Numbered from the stretch's first letter, positions 26,647 to 39,587 are shown. The stretch: DNA of 64,000 nt from Octopus vulgaris (GCA_951406725.2 OX597838.1:24118001-24182000); one strand, 5' to 3'. The notes: a model not told the origin generated them from the sequence alone. Numbers and translations: made by a program.

Positions 26647-26836
26647 TTTACTTAAGGTTCACTTACAACTCCGAGGGTTTTCAGTTTTCCTTGACATAGA
26701 GCGGCTACGAGCGGGTAAATTCGATGTAGGTTTGTTAAAGAGTGTACAAAAAGCCAGAAATTTCATCCTCGTCCTCACACCTCAAGCCTTAGATCGTTGT
26801 ATTGGTGATAGCGAGAGGAAAGACTGGGTCCACAGG
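26647..26836 (+). CDS. SARM1: SARM1 coding exon (TIR core, BB loop)
   Basis: Acceptor cattctag|T, donor AGG|gtaagt. Encodes [63 protein letters not shown]. Not in the ORF track. Confidence 0.96.
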
Positions 26837-26934
26837 GTAAGTTGACATTTATTTATTTATACATGGTTATATTTGTCTGTTTTCCATTTAATTAATTATT
26901 ATCAATTTATTATTATTATTATTATTATTATTGT

Positions 26935-27165
26935 CATTATCATCATCATCGTTTAGCGTCCGCTTTCCATGCTGGCATAGGTTGGACGGTTCAACTGGGG
27001 TCTGGGAAGCCAGAAGGCTGCACCAGGCCCAGTCTGATCCGGCAATGTTTCTACAGCTGGATGCCCATCCTAACGCCAACCACTCCATGAGTCTAGTGGG
27101 TGCTTTTTACGTGCCAGACGAGGCTGGCAAACGGCCACGATCGGGTGGTGCTTTTTACGTGCCGT
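26935..27165 (-). mobile_element. RTE LINE 3'-end copy
   Basis: (CAT)n-gtttagcgtccgctttccatgctggc... family sequence. Confidence 0.8.
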
Positions 27166-27432
27166 CATCATCATTATTAATATTATTATTGAGTGAGAGA
27201 GTGCCATTAAAGTGAGACTGGGGTAAAATATACAAAGCCCAGTATACCCATCATGTTTACCCGCCTGATAAGGGTACACCAGGTGCATGCATCACAACCA
27301 TTTTATGCCAAAATTTGAAACCATTATTATTATCATTATTAAGGAAGCAAGCACTGAGCTTAATGTAATCAACTTAATGCCCTCCCCCAATATTTCAGGC
27401 TTTGTGTCTGTAGTAGAAAGGATTAAAAATAA

Positions 27433-27683
27433 ATGTTCCTTCTCGAGCCATGCCAGGCTCATAAGGTCCGGTTTCCTGGTTTCAGTGGCATAGAAATTCC
27501 CCACCTGGGACAGGACACCGGTCCGTCGCAGGATTACTCATTTTTGCCAGCTGAGTGGACTGGAGCAACGGGAAAATGAAGTGTTTTGCTCAAGAACACA
27601 ACGCATCACCCAGTCCAGGAATTGAAACCACAACCTTACGATCATGAGTTCAACACCCTAATCACTAAACCACGTGCCTCCAC
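27433..27683 (-). mobile_element. tRNA-derived SINE with CORE-like body and RTE-like tail
   Basis: Minus strand: gtggtttagtgattagggtgttg...ggtttcaattcc head, gtgttcttgagcaaaacac...ccactcagctg body, cttatgagcctggcatggctcgagaaggaac tail. Confidence 0.7.
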
Positions 27684-27788
27684 AGTAGAAAGGATTATTA
27701 CTATGATTATTGTTGTTGTTGTTGTTGTTCTGTCACTTCAAGATACTGATAATTTTTTCGTTGTTGTTTTCTTTGTGTCTATTTGCAG

Positions 27789-27910
27789 GAAATTGCCGCA
27801 GCGTTAGAACACAAGTGTAACATAATTCCTTTAATGGACAATTTTGACTGGCCTCCTTGTGAGAAGCTTCCAGAAGACATACGCTCTATCACATGTTTTA
27901 ATGGAGTCAG
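27789..27910 (+). CDS. SARM1: SARM1 coding exon (TIR; first codon is the catalytic Glu)
   Basis: Acceptor atttgcag|GAA, donor AG|gtaaat. Encodes [40 protein letters not shown](R); KDWVHR-E aligns with human KDWVHK-E642. Confidence 0.96.
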
Positions 27911-27989
27911 GTAAATAATATCACCTTGTTGTTGGTGGTTGGATGTTTTTTTTTTGTAAGAGTTGAGTCAAGTAAAACCAATATCGTTG

Positions 27990-28270
27990 CTGTAGCCAGT
28001 GCCCTCTGACTGGCTCCCATGCTGGTGGCATGTAAAAAGCACCATCCGAATGTGGTCAATGCCAGGACCACCTGACTGGCTCTCATGCTGGTGGCATGTA
28101 AAAAGCACCCACTACACTCTCAGAGTGGTTGGCGTTAGGAAGGGAATCCAGCTGTAGAAACATTACCAGATCAGATTGGAGCCTGGTGCAGCTGCTGGCT
28201 CTCCAAGACCTCAGTCAAACCGTCCAACCCATGCCAGCATGGAAAGCGGACATTAAATGATGATGATGAT
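27990..28270 (+). mobile_element. RTE LINE 3'-end copy (opposite orientation to 26935-27165)
   Basis: ...ccgtccaacccatgccagcatggaaagcggacattaaa(tga)n. Confidence 0.8.
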
Positions 28271-28420
28271 ATGAAGGTTTTTACTGTATTTTCTGGAATA
28301 CTAGTTAAATTCTTGCAGATCCAAAATTTACTGCCAAAAAAAAAAAAGGAAGGTTAACTTATACACGAAAACAACAGTGAAGGATCAAGAATTCTATTGA
28401 AATGCAGAAGGATTTAGAAA

Positions 28421-28714
28421 GTTAAGTTAAGTTAGTTAAGTTAATTTTGGCTCAAAAAGCAAAAAGCAAGGCCATGTTGGGGGACATGGAGTTATGTACA
28501 GAGTGGTGTTCATGCAAAGAGTTCAGGCCATTTCTGGTCAAGAGAGACTTTGAACCGAGCGGTCGTCGGCATCTTCACTATCTCGTCCGGCAGCTTATTC
28601 CACGGATCTGCAACCCGGACGGAGAAAGCCCCTCTCCTTCGATTGAGATGAAATCGTCGCAGATAGAGCTTTTCAGAGTGACCCCGCAGCCTACGCTCTG
28701 GAGCAGGAGTGAAG
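28421..28714 (-). mobile_element. CR1-type LINE 3' fragment
   Basis: Homologous to 5918-6200. Confidence 0.85.
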
Positions 28715-29312
28715 AGAGTGATGGTGTTTGACTCATTTATGCTTTGCCTTTTGTTTTTTACTTGTTTCCGTTATCGGACTGTGGCCATGCTGGGGCACCA
28801 CCATGAAGAATTTTTAGTCGAATGAATCGACCCCAGTCCTTGTTATTTTAATCCTAGTGCTTATTCTATCGGTTTCTTTCTTTTTTTTGCTGGCTATGTG
28901 CCAAAATTTGAAATCATCATCATCATCATCATCATTACCGAGGCAGTGAATTGATAGATTCATTATTGCATCAAACAGGATGCTTAGCAGCATTTCTTCA
29001 GGCCTTTTACATTCTGTGTTCAATTCCTGCCTAAGTCAGCATTGCCTTCCATCCTTTTGCGGTCAATAAAACAAAGTACCAGTCAAGTGCTAAGCCCCTT
29101 CCCCTTACGTCCATATTACTTAGTGGTTCAGCAAAACAACACCGATAGAATAACTACCAGACTTAATATTAAGCGTTGTTTTGTTCAGCTAAACCCTTCA
29201 AAGCAGTCCTCCAGCATGGCCACAGGATTAAAGGTACGAATACAGCTATGAGAGCACTACTAATATCGCTCCAATTAATTAATTTCATTTATGTCTTTAT
29301 TTTTAACCCTAG

Positions 29313-29505
29313 GTGGATTCATGATTACCAAGATGCCTGTGTTGACAAAATCGAACGGTTTTTACGAGGTGATGTGAATGTGAGAAGGGGACAGCTTCAG
29401 TCCTTAAGTAATCAGGGATCGTTTGAAGACCCAGTAATGGCACAGTTCAAGTGGAGCAGCAGCAGCAACGAGAATGATTCCCCACCAAAGAATTCCCCAA
29501 GTTAA
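29313..29505 (+). CDS. SARM1: SARM1 last coding exon (TIR end, Ser-rich tail, stop)
   Basis: Acceptor ttttaaccctag|G. Encodes [63 protein letters not shown] (human WSHEYQEATIEKIIRFLQG). The six exons sum to 990 nt, open in one frame. Confidence 0.95.
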
Positions 29506-29559
29506 CTAAAAGACCTTTTACCTAACCCTTTTTTTGTAAATAAATAAATATGTAGGTAT

Positions 29560-30135
<576 letters not shown>

Positions 30136-30382
30136 ATTCTATTCACTAATAGCTGCTATTTCACGTAACACTCAACACTCACTCCCTGGTGCCCAGAACA
30201 AACAAACAAAAAAAAACCCGAAACTTTAGAGAAGTTTTGGGGTAAAATTTGGGCCAAAATTATAATCAGTTTACTTTTAAAGAATTGATTTTTTTTTTAT
30301 TATTTCCATTTTAAATAATATTTGATAAAATTAAACACTACAAAATATCTCGGAAATAACTTTCAAACATTAAGTAAGAAGC

Positions 30383-30427
<45 letters not shown>

Positions 30428-30584
30428 GTAGTAGTAGGTTTGTGAATAGAAAATGCAGTAAGACTAAATGACATTTTGGACAAAATACTTTACCATACTG
30501 ATTTTCCTTGCCTTCTTAGTGTTTGATGTGTGTGTGTATGTGTGTTTATGCAGGTTTTCATGTATACATATTTATATATATATA

Positions 30585-30813
30585 TATCTGTAAATTTAAT
30601 ATGTGACAATTATTTTGTAGCCATGATAAAACTCTGAGTTTCGGATGTCAGGGTGGAAATCCACACTGCCATCTCTTCAGTTATCTGGCCATCGGAAAAA
30701 ATGCTATGGCCGGATAACCGAAGAGATGGCAGCGTGGATTTCCACCCCAACATCCGAAACTCAGAGTTTTATCATGGCTACCGAATAATTGTCACATATT
30801 ACATTTACAGATA
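30585..30813. repeat. Long inverted repeat made of two back-to-back hammerhead-like units (Penelope-like pLTR inversion)
   Basis: ~108-bp arms tatctgtaaat...tggccat / atggccgg...atttacagata with few mismatches; each arm carries C(U/C)GAAGA...GAAAC-UCAGA-GUU. Confidence 0.85.
30619..30690 (-). ncRNA. Type I hammerhead ribozyme-like motif with intact CUGAAGA/GAAA core
   Basis: Minus strand: ggcca-gataa-CTGAAGA-gatggcag..gtgg/ccac..ctgacatc-c-GAAAC-tcaga-GTT-ttatc-a-tggct. Stems I, II and III pair; one extra C before GAAA; cleavage triplet GUU. Confidence 0.55.
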
Positions 30814-31082
30814 AATTCCTCTATTTACATAATATTGAGGTCTCTTTTTTTCTTTTGTTATCTTACCATTTCCAACAATATATATATATAATACAAATAA
30901 GAAAATGGAGAAACAACTTAGTTGGTTCATCAGCTTTCGAATATTAGAATATTGACTTATTTATTCATTTAACAAAAATGAGAACCTTAATAGCATACAT
31001 ATATACATTATAATTCAATACATATAAGATAAGAATACAATTATAAAAATCATAATATAAATTATTGAAATCATTAAAGTCA

Positions 31083-31215
31083 CTCCTTACAGCTGTTTCA
31101 GCCTATGGATAAAAGTAGTTTTTATTTTCCAGTGCCTATAATTGTCAATTATATTGAGGTTGTAGGCATTTAAAAATAGGTTACTTATATATAACCATAG
31201 ACCTTGTCAGAGATT
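31083..31215 (-). ncRNA. Degenerate minimal hammerhead motif with a long stem II insert
   Basis: Minus strand: CTGACAA-ggtctatgg...ccataggct-GAAAC-AGCT-GTA. Palindromic AGCU loop; core G8 lost. Confidence 0.5.
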
Positions 31216-31320
31216 ATAAAGAACTTGTATATTAATATTTGTTTTTGTGATCCATTAAGATAAAAACAGTTTTACATTAATCTGATGGGTTGCTCTATAC
31301 TTTTATAGAGTACAAATTTA

Positions 31321-31441
31321 TTATTCTTAGACAAGAATGTTGTCAACAGTGACTTTGAAGTTTTGGCCAGCTAAGCTACCATCGAACTCAGCTGGTGGAA
31401 ACCTCAAAGTCACTATCAAAGATATTCTTGTTTAAGAATAA
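31321..31441. repeat. Imperfect inverted repeat (~52-bp arms)
   Basis: ttattcttagacaagaat...gtgactttga...ccagct / agctgg...tcaaagtcac...attcttgtttaagaataa. Confidence 0.8.
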
Positions 31442-31748
31442 TAAATATATATATATAATAAATATATATGTGTATGTGTTGAATGGGTTAGGTGGCTTTT
31501 CAGTTTCCATCTACCAAAACCACTTACAAGGCTTTGGTTATCCTGGGACTATAGTAGAAGACATTTGGCCAAGGTACCACAAAGTGGGATTGAGCCCGAG
31601 GTCACATTTGGGAAGCAAACTTCTCAACGACACAACTATATATATATATATATATGTACATATCTAATATTGTATGTATATATTTTATTAATTTGCCTGT
31701 ACGGCTGATAATTCACTTACTACTCGTGATGGTATTTTAATAATATCA

Positions 31749-31821
<73 letters not shown>

Positions 31822-31835
31822 ATATAAATGTGTGT

Positions 31836-31876
<41 letters not shown>

Positions 31877-31889
31877 TATATATTAGATA

Positions 31890-31922
<33 letters not shown>

Positions 31923-31947
31923 ATAATAATAATGGTTTTGTCTCGAA

Positions 31948-31978
<31 letters not shown>

Positions 31979-31980
31979 AA

Positions 31981-32023
<43 letters not shown>

Positions 32024-32029
32024 TAGATA

Positions 32030-32060
<31 letters not shown>

Positions 32061-32082
32061 ATAATAGTGGTTTTGTCTCGAA

Positions 32083-32130
<48 letters not shown>

Positions 32131-32818
32131 GGTTTACTTTGGAGTATATCCCTTGATTTTGAGCTCAAAGCAATAGCTATACTCCATAGTAAAATTTAGC
32201 ATGGAAAATAAACACTGCTGGCATGTCATTAATGTGTGTGTGTATACTCACATATATGTATTTATGTGCTGTATAAGAAGATTCTTAGGTGTCTGTCCAA
32301 AAAGTTTTAGTACTGCTGCATTTCCCTATTTCCTCCTTCACTTCTGCTCAAAATAAAATAACTAAGAATCTCTTCAAATCGAAACTCACTAGCCGCAAAA
32401 TTACTATGATGGCTTGTGTAGTGACTATTGGACTATTTGGTCATGAGTTCAAACCTCGCTACTGTAATCGTGTCGTCTCCCTGCCACGGCACAGACCCCC
32501 TGCTTGCTTCAGTCTGTTTTGGAAGACAAGAGGTTACTACTCTCGCTTCGGAGGTTAGCGAGAGCTTAGTAGCAGGTAGAGGGCCATTTTAGAGCGTAAG
32601 AATTAACCAAAAAAAATAAATGAAAATAATTCTACAAATAGGCATGGCCAAGGAATAATGTGCAAGGTTTGAGATTTACAAATCACGAAACCCATGCTAG
32701 CACAAATTAATGAGATTGAAACAAAATGAAATTCACTGTCTTTAACTGTAGAGCTCTTGTATCTATTACTCAAATTTTCTCCACGTTCAAAAAAAAATTT
32801 TTTTTTTTGATTTTCTAT

Positions 32819-32849
<31 letters not shown>

Positions 32850-33095
32850 TTTTTGAATCATCTTAAATGTAACTGATAATAACGACTTTTGATATAGTTC
32901 TGTCATTTATTCTGTGAGTCTGTTTTTCCAAATTCCGGCTTATGACACTTAGCCGTTTAGTTAGTCCATGGAAAATTCTAGATAAAAATTTGTTATAAAA
33001 TGTATAAATGCATATGTATGTGTGTGTGTGTGTGTGCATACATACACACACATATATATGTATATATATACATACATACATATACATACATCCAT

Positions 33096-33134
<39 letters not shown>

Positions 33135-33257
33135 TATACATATATATATGTTGATTCTTCATTCATTGCAGTTTTCTTGTTACTTCTCCATCTTTTCCTC
33201 TATTTTGTCTGGCTTTGTAAAATGGTTTGAAATCTAAGGAACTGATTTTAAATGTGC

Positions 33258-33290
<33 letters not shown>

Positions 33291-36200
33291 AACTTTTCAA
33301 GAAAAAAGTAATACTTGGAAAAGAGAAAAACGCTGTTTATCTTACAGCAGTTATGTTTAATAGAAATAGCAGTCAGGTCTCCCCCTCCCCTTAAATTTTA
33401 CCCCTACTGTCTTAAATAAAGAAAAGGACATTTTACATGTTGTAGTCCTAATACTTTAAAAACGTCTGGTTGGTCAAGGCTGGCATGCCTTTGATCATAT
33501 ATCCACTCATTCAGGGTTGGCCAGAGGCTAAATGACAACAATTAGAATTAAATCCAGATTAAAGTTCCCTTAGATGTCAGCCATTATATGGCCTGCTATA
33601 CTCTTGTTCATGTTTTGATTGTTTATTGAAGAAAATATACTACCTCGTTATGATCTGATCTTGTTTTCTGTAATGACTTCTCCATCCTGGTAAGGGTTTA
33701 TGACAGTTATCAAGTGCTTCAATTGAAAAATTACTTGCAAGGGGCCCATAACCTGTTCGTGCACTGCACCGACCTTTCTGTTTATTAAACACCTGAGTGA
33801 GAGAGTAAAACACCAGTGGATGGAGACAGCTCAGTATGACAACCCTCTCTATCTCTCTCTCTCTCTCTCTGTCCCTCCGTCTCTCTATCAATTAGATGTC
33901 CTTATCAATGTGAGGGCAAATATTGATGAAGGCAATCTTCAGAAAATGAAGCTGTATTAGCATTTAATTTGATAACTATTTGATTTTATTTAATTATACT
34001 GAAAAATAAGTGTGTTAAATGAGCGTTTTTCTGTGAAAAATCGTAATGTTTTTTGGGGGTTTATTTTTTAAAGCAAAAAAAAAAAAGAAAGAAAAATGAA
34101 GCTGATGTAATTAATATTGTAACATTTAATAATTATTTATTTATTTTTAAGAAATGTGTTTCTCACATTTGAGAGTTGTGACTGTCTCTTTAATCTGAGG
34201 GTACCTTGATGAACTTATGAAGGTACCCTGAGATTAAATATGAGCATTTGAACATGTTTGAAGATATTAGCAGATGTAAATGTACCTTCCTGTTTTCTGA
34301 TGAATATATCATATTTGTAATATGATAGCAATGACCTTCACTGGACAATATATAACGATGGTATTCAGATCTGTAAAAAAAAAAATTTATTTGGTTTTTT
34401 TTTTGGTTTTTTTTCCTAAATTAAAAGACCCCACTTTAGTCTTTGCTGTGATTATTATAATTCTCTATTGATAGAGAAACATTGAATTTATTACATACAT
34501 ATATCCAAAAGCATGGATAACTTTCAAATCATAGAAGGACATTTGTGCTAATTTTTACATTCTTGCCTCAAAAATAAAAAAACAAAAGAAATTTTTAAAA
34601 AATAACTGGACATATTTATTTCTTTGAAACACTTTTTTTTTTTTTTTGAAAATTAACCAAGAACTACAAAAGCAAACCAAAATTTCTTCAAATACAAATA
34701 CCTATTTGGCAGACATATTCAATGCAGTTTGGTGAACCACAATGTAAAACCTCAAAAGCTAACATACACTAAATGCTGCTCAAAACATGCCATCACTGAT
34801 TTCTTTGGATGTTTCCAGATCTTACCTCACACATACACACACACATGTGCATGCGTGCATACATTATATAATAAAAGCAGGAGCTGAATGGACAATGGCA
34901 GTTCAATACATGCTACATAGGTTTCCACAGCATGATACTTTATTCATAATTCAAGCGTTACATATACAATGGTGTCTTAAATGTCAAATGAGCCCCCAAA
35001 ATGATAATAAATAAATGTCTTGCTCAAATGTGGTGTCTCTCTGACATCTCATAAGTTTACTGGTACAAATGTAGAACCATTCTGTGTGTATGTGTGTGCT
35101 TGTATACATGCATGTGTGTGTATGTGTGCATGTATGCACGCGCATATTTGTGTGTGTGTCTACTCCAGGTCAACATTTGACCTGAAATAATGTTGTTGAC
35201 AAGTAGCCATATATATATATATATATATATAAACAAAAATATTATTACCTACTGAATCTTATTTGATGTTGCGATTATCGACAATTTGATATATCAGATG
35301 TTTGAGGAGGTGGGGGAGAATCTAGCTATAAAATTACCGTTTCAAGAGGAGAACTAGAGGAGAGAAATAAAATTGAACATAGAAAAAGAATGGTCACATT
35401 GGTAATCACTTATGTCTTCTTTCATTCTGGAATCTCCAGAAGTGGAATGACCAAACTGAGTCAGCTTTGTTAAAACTTTTTATGTATCCATATTAAAAAT
35501 TCTATTAGAATTTCTACAGTGCATTATTTTGGCTTTGCAAAATTTCACCCACCACGAGTGGCTGAGATTTGAAAGCTCTTAAGCCTTTGTTCAAAATAGT
35601 TCCTTGCCTTTTTCTCTGGCTTCAAAAGACCTCCATTTAACAACCAATAGATTTGATTCCTCATGATGTTCCTTGTTAATTTAGGAACATTATTGGGGTT
35701 GCTCGTTCTTATAATGTTGAAACGTAATCAAGTTCTTACCAAATACGTGTGACGATATTTCCTTTGTCTCTCTCTTCGTCTTTTAACCGCTCTCCACTTT
35801 CATTTTGATCTGCTGCTGTAATCAGACAATACAGCAGTGCTCAGGTGCCTGTCTTGCTTTCCAATGACCCTAATTTGTTGAGAAGATGCATCAAACCAAC
35901 TGATCCCTCCCCGCCCAAGACATGATGTCGGCCTAACATACGATTTGCATCTTGTACGTTCTGAACTCACTTCAACAGGCTGTTAAAGAAAACAAACACT
36001 CGTCAGTTACACAGTGCTCCAGCTGATTACAACAGCAGCAATAGGCTGTGCCTCCATATGTGACCCATTCACTTGTGGGCCAACCGAATTGTCAGAATAC
36101 TAAATGTGTTTTTCCAGGGATGCTGGATAGAAACTGTCAAAGCCTTTCGTTGATACATATACCTTAACCCTTTTGATGCGAACCCTCCTGTGGCCACCTC

Positions 36201-37504
36201 TGCGATCTATAATACTAGCTTCCTGTTTTGAAGTGATCTAAATTAAAATTTCATGTTAATTTAATAATGACAAAATTATTTTATGAAATTCTTTGTAATT
36301 TTCAAAATTAATTCAAACAAAAACAAACATATTTCAACAGAAATATGGGAACAAAAGGGTGTTAAAAGGGTGTGAAAGTGAAATGTATTTTCTGTAAAAA
36401 AGGGAAAAAAAGGAATATTTTATTTTCACTGAGTGAGTAAAGATCCTTAGACTCAAATAAGAAGCCCGTTATCAATAATTAATATCAATAATTACAAAGT
36501 GATTTTAATTAATTTGGTAAAATATTTGACTAAATTACATTGCTGAAACATTGCCTGACAAACAGAAAAAAATTTTTTTTTTTTTTAAAACATGCTGGAA
36601 ATTTTGTTTGGTGATAAAAAGTTTGATTGTTCCTTGAAAACTTGAAATGCTTTATGTTGGTTGCAGCCACTGTGGCTTAGTTTTGCTGAGAAAGACTAGA
36701 TACCATGAGAAAGTGTTACAAATCTGCTCAGGACATATGTAAGAAACTGCCAAGAAATCTGTGAATACATCAATATGACATTGGTTTGATAACACAGTTT
36801 TTCAGGGGGGTTTTTCTACAAAGAAAAGCTGTGAACTGTGTGAGTAGTATTTTGTTTGATTTCTTTAAAGACATAAAAGGAGGAAAAAGGGCAAGCCAAG
36901 TCCCTTGGCCCCTTTTTTGTTTTTTTTTTGTTTTTTTTCTTTTTAGGGCCTCAAAGACTGATCAAAGGAAGAAGTTATCCCCAGAACAGAGACCAGGCCC
37001 AGTCCCCTAATACTTGCAACAAAATGGGTCCTACAGAGATACCCAAAGTCCTAGAGCTATGAACTTTATCTGATTATTGATGTCAGAAACAAATATGTAC
37101 AACATAATTTGAATTTCACTAAGAGATGGAAAATTTCTTTTTTATATATTTTTGTTCATTTTATTTATTTATTTTTTCCCTCTGACTTCTGCTTTATTTC
37201 ATTGACATTTCTAGTTATATTCATTTGAAAAAAAAAAGAAAAAGAACAATAAAAATTCCTTTAAATATGCATTTATTTATTTACTTATTTATTGATTGAT
37301 TGATTGATTGATCTTCAAATTGTTGGTTCCATTCATTTCTAGTTTTTTTAACCATGCAGGTAAATTAGTCTTATGGAGTCCACTTCATGGTAATGTCAGA
37401 AGAAGAAAACGCTGTCACACTTACATCAGTAGCTTGATTGCAGAGCCAAAATTTGAAACCAATATGAAGAAACATATTTACATACAAACACACACACACA
37501 TATA

Positions 37505-37920
37505 CTCTTTACTCTTTTACTTGTTTCAGTCATTTGACTGTGGCCATGCTGGAGCACCGTCTTTAATCGAGCAACTCGACCCCGGGACTTATTCTTTTGT
37601 AAGCCCAGTACTTATTCTATTGGTCTCTTTTTGCCGAACTGCTAAGTGACAGGGACGTAAACACACCAGCATCGGTTGTCAAGCAATGCTAGGGGACAAA
37701 CACAGACACACAAACACACACATATATATATATATACATATACATATATACGACGGGCTTCTTTCAGTTTCTGTCTACCAAATCCACTCACAAGGCTTTG
37801 GTCAGCCCAAGGCTATAGTAGAAGACACTTGCCCAAGGTGCCACGCAGTGGGACTGAACCCGGAACCATGTAGTTGGTAGACAAACTACTTACCACACAG
37901 CCAGCCATACCTGCGCCTAT
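37505..37920 (-). mobile_element. tRNA-derived SINE, family A (full length)
   Basis: Reverse complement of the 24888-25270 family. Confidence 0.88.
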
Positions 37921-38088
37921 ATATATATGAAATAGTAAGCAGAGTGTAAAGCATGCAACTGCCTCTAGTAAGCACTAATAAAGAGAGTACTCAACACATT
38001 TGTAGAGTAAAGATTTTTATTGTGGGTCTTCGTTCAGTGCCTCACAGTAGCTGGAAGTTTCAGGTAGGCCAGGCAAGTTTGCATTGTA

Positions 38089-38454
38089 TTTGGTTGTCCG
38101 GAAAGTTCATGCCAATTTATAGCAGCTTACCTTTCGACTTATTTTAGAACATGGTTGAGTCCATAAAATAGGATTTGACTACACTTCCATTTAGAGCACA
38201 GTTTAAGCTATCTTTTCGTGGAAGAAGATTTGTTTTCCTATAACCTGTGTTAATTCTGTAACCCTTTAAAATGGAAGATAAGAAAGTTCATATTTGGCAC
38301 TTGATGCTTTGGGAACCAGACAAAAATTGCTGCAGCTTGGCTGGGATGTGTTACCCCACCCTCCATATTCACCAGATATTGCTCCTTTGGATTTCCACTT
38401 ATTCAGGTCTCTGCAGAATAGTCTTAATGGTAAAAATTTCAATTCCTTGGATGA
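38089..38454 (+). mobile_element. Internally deleted mariner element, 5' part
   Basis: TA + TIR t(t/a)ggttgtccggaaagttcatgcc; transposase start MEDKKVHI.HLMLWE fused to RQKLLQLGWDVLPHPPYSPDIAPLDFHLFRSLQNSL; truncated by a SINE. Confidence 0.88.
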
Positions 38455-38612
38455 CCCAGGACTTATTCTTTGTAAGCCTAGTACTTATTCTATCAGTCTC
38501 TTTTTTGGCCGAACCGCTAAGTTAAGGGGACATAAACAATAAACACACCAGCATCAGTTGTCAAACGATGTTGCGGGGACAAACACAGATATACAAACAT
38601 ATACACACATAC

Positions 38613-38669
<57 letters not shown>

Positions 38670-38709
38670 TTGTATATATATATAATATATATATATATAC
38701 ATATATATA

Positions 38710-38748
<39 letters not shown>

Positions 38749-38910
38749 GACAAGCTTCTTTCAGTTTCCGTCTACCAAATCCACTTACAAGGCTTTGGTT
38801 GGCCCGAGGCTATAGTAGAAGACACTTGCCCAAGGTGCCACGTAGTGGGACTGAACCTGGATCCATGTGTTTCGTAAGCAAGCTACCTACCACACAGCCA
38901 CTCCTACGCC
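38455..38910 (-). mobile_element. tRNA-derived SINE, family A, with an expanded internal (TA)n
   Basis: Family sequence. Confidence 0.85.
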
Positions 38911-39587
38911 CGCCTAAGTAAATTTGTTTTGGATATAATGGAAGTCAAGTGACAGAGTGGAATAAAACGGACACTGAGTGGCGGCGGCGGCGGGAGGGCT
39001 AAAATTTTCAAGCTAATTAATTGATTTTTGTGAGGGAGGTTCTTTGTACGTAGCAGGTGGTGTTGGGTGGCTGCGGAATTTCGAGGAACGAAGGTTTGTG
39101 TTATATACTCAACACATCCACCTCCAACCACCACCACCACCCCACACACACACACTCACCGACTAACGAGTGAATCAATTAACCGAGAAAATCAACAGCC
39201 CCTTACAGCACTCTAATAACACCCTATAACCTACTTCATCCTGTTTTGTAACCTTCGTTGTATTCGGAAACAGATTTGCTTACCCTGAAATGCTTTTACT
39301 CACAAACTCCACCACCCACCTGCAACCGCTATGCCATCCCCCCACCTCTGTGCTCCTGCCCCACTTAAATCTTTTTTAGGCATTCAAGGATTCCTTTTCT
39401 CACAAGTAAACCTGTTGTACCTTGCCATCCTTTCTTTTTAATTGCCTCGTTGACCTATGCTGCATTAATTACACTGTTTCTTTGATTGACTAATTTAAAT
39501 TTATTCATCTGTGTTTTCATTTAAGGGCCAAAACAAACCCTTTATTTCACACACCGTCCCTCACCTGAACACACCTGTGTACACTGC

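Noticed and set aside
21796-29505. Bacterial-type TIR defence gene or horizontal transfer
   Set aside because: The TIR is split by spliceosomal introns and is contiguous with two SAM domains, as in ordinary animal SARM1.
35600-36160. Possible coding exon or LINE remnant in unique-looking sequence
   Set aside because: No ORF of 60 aa or more in the track and no convincing motif on inspection; left unannotated.
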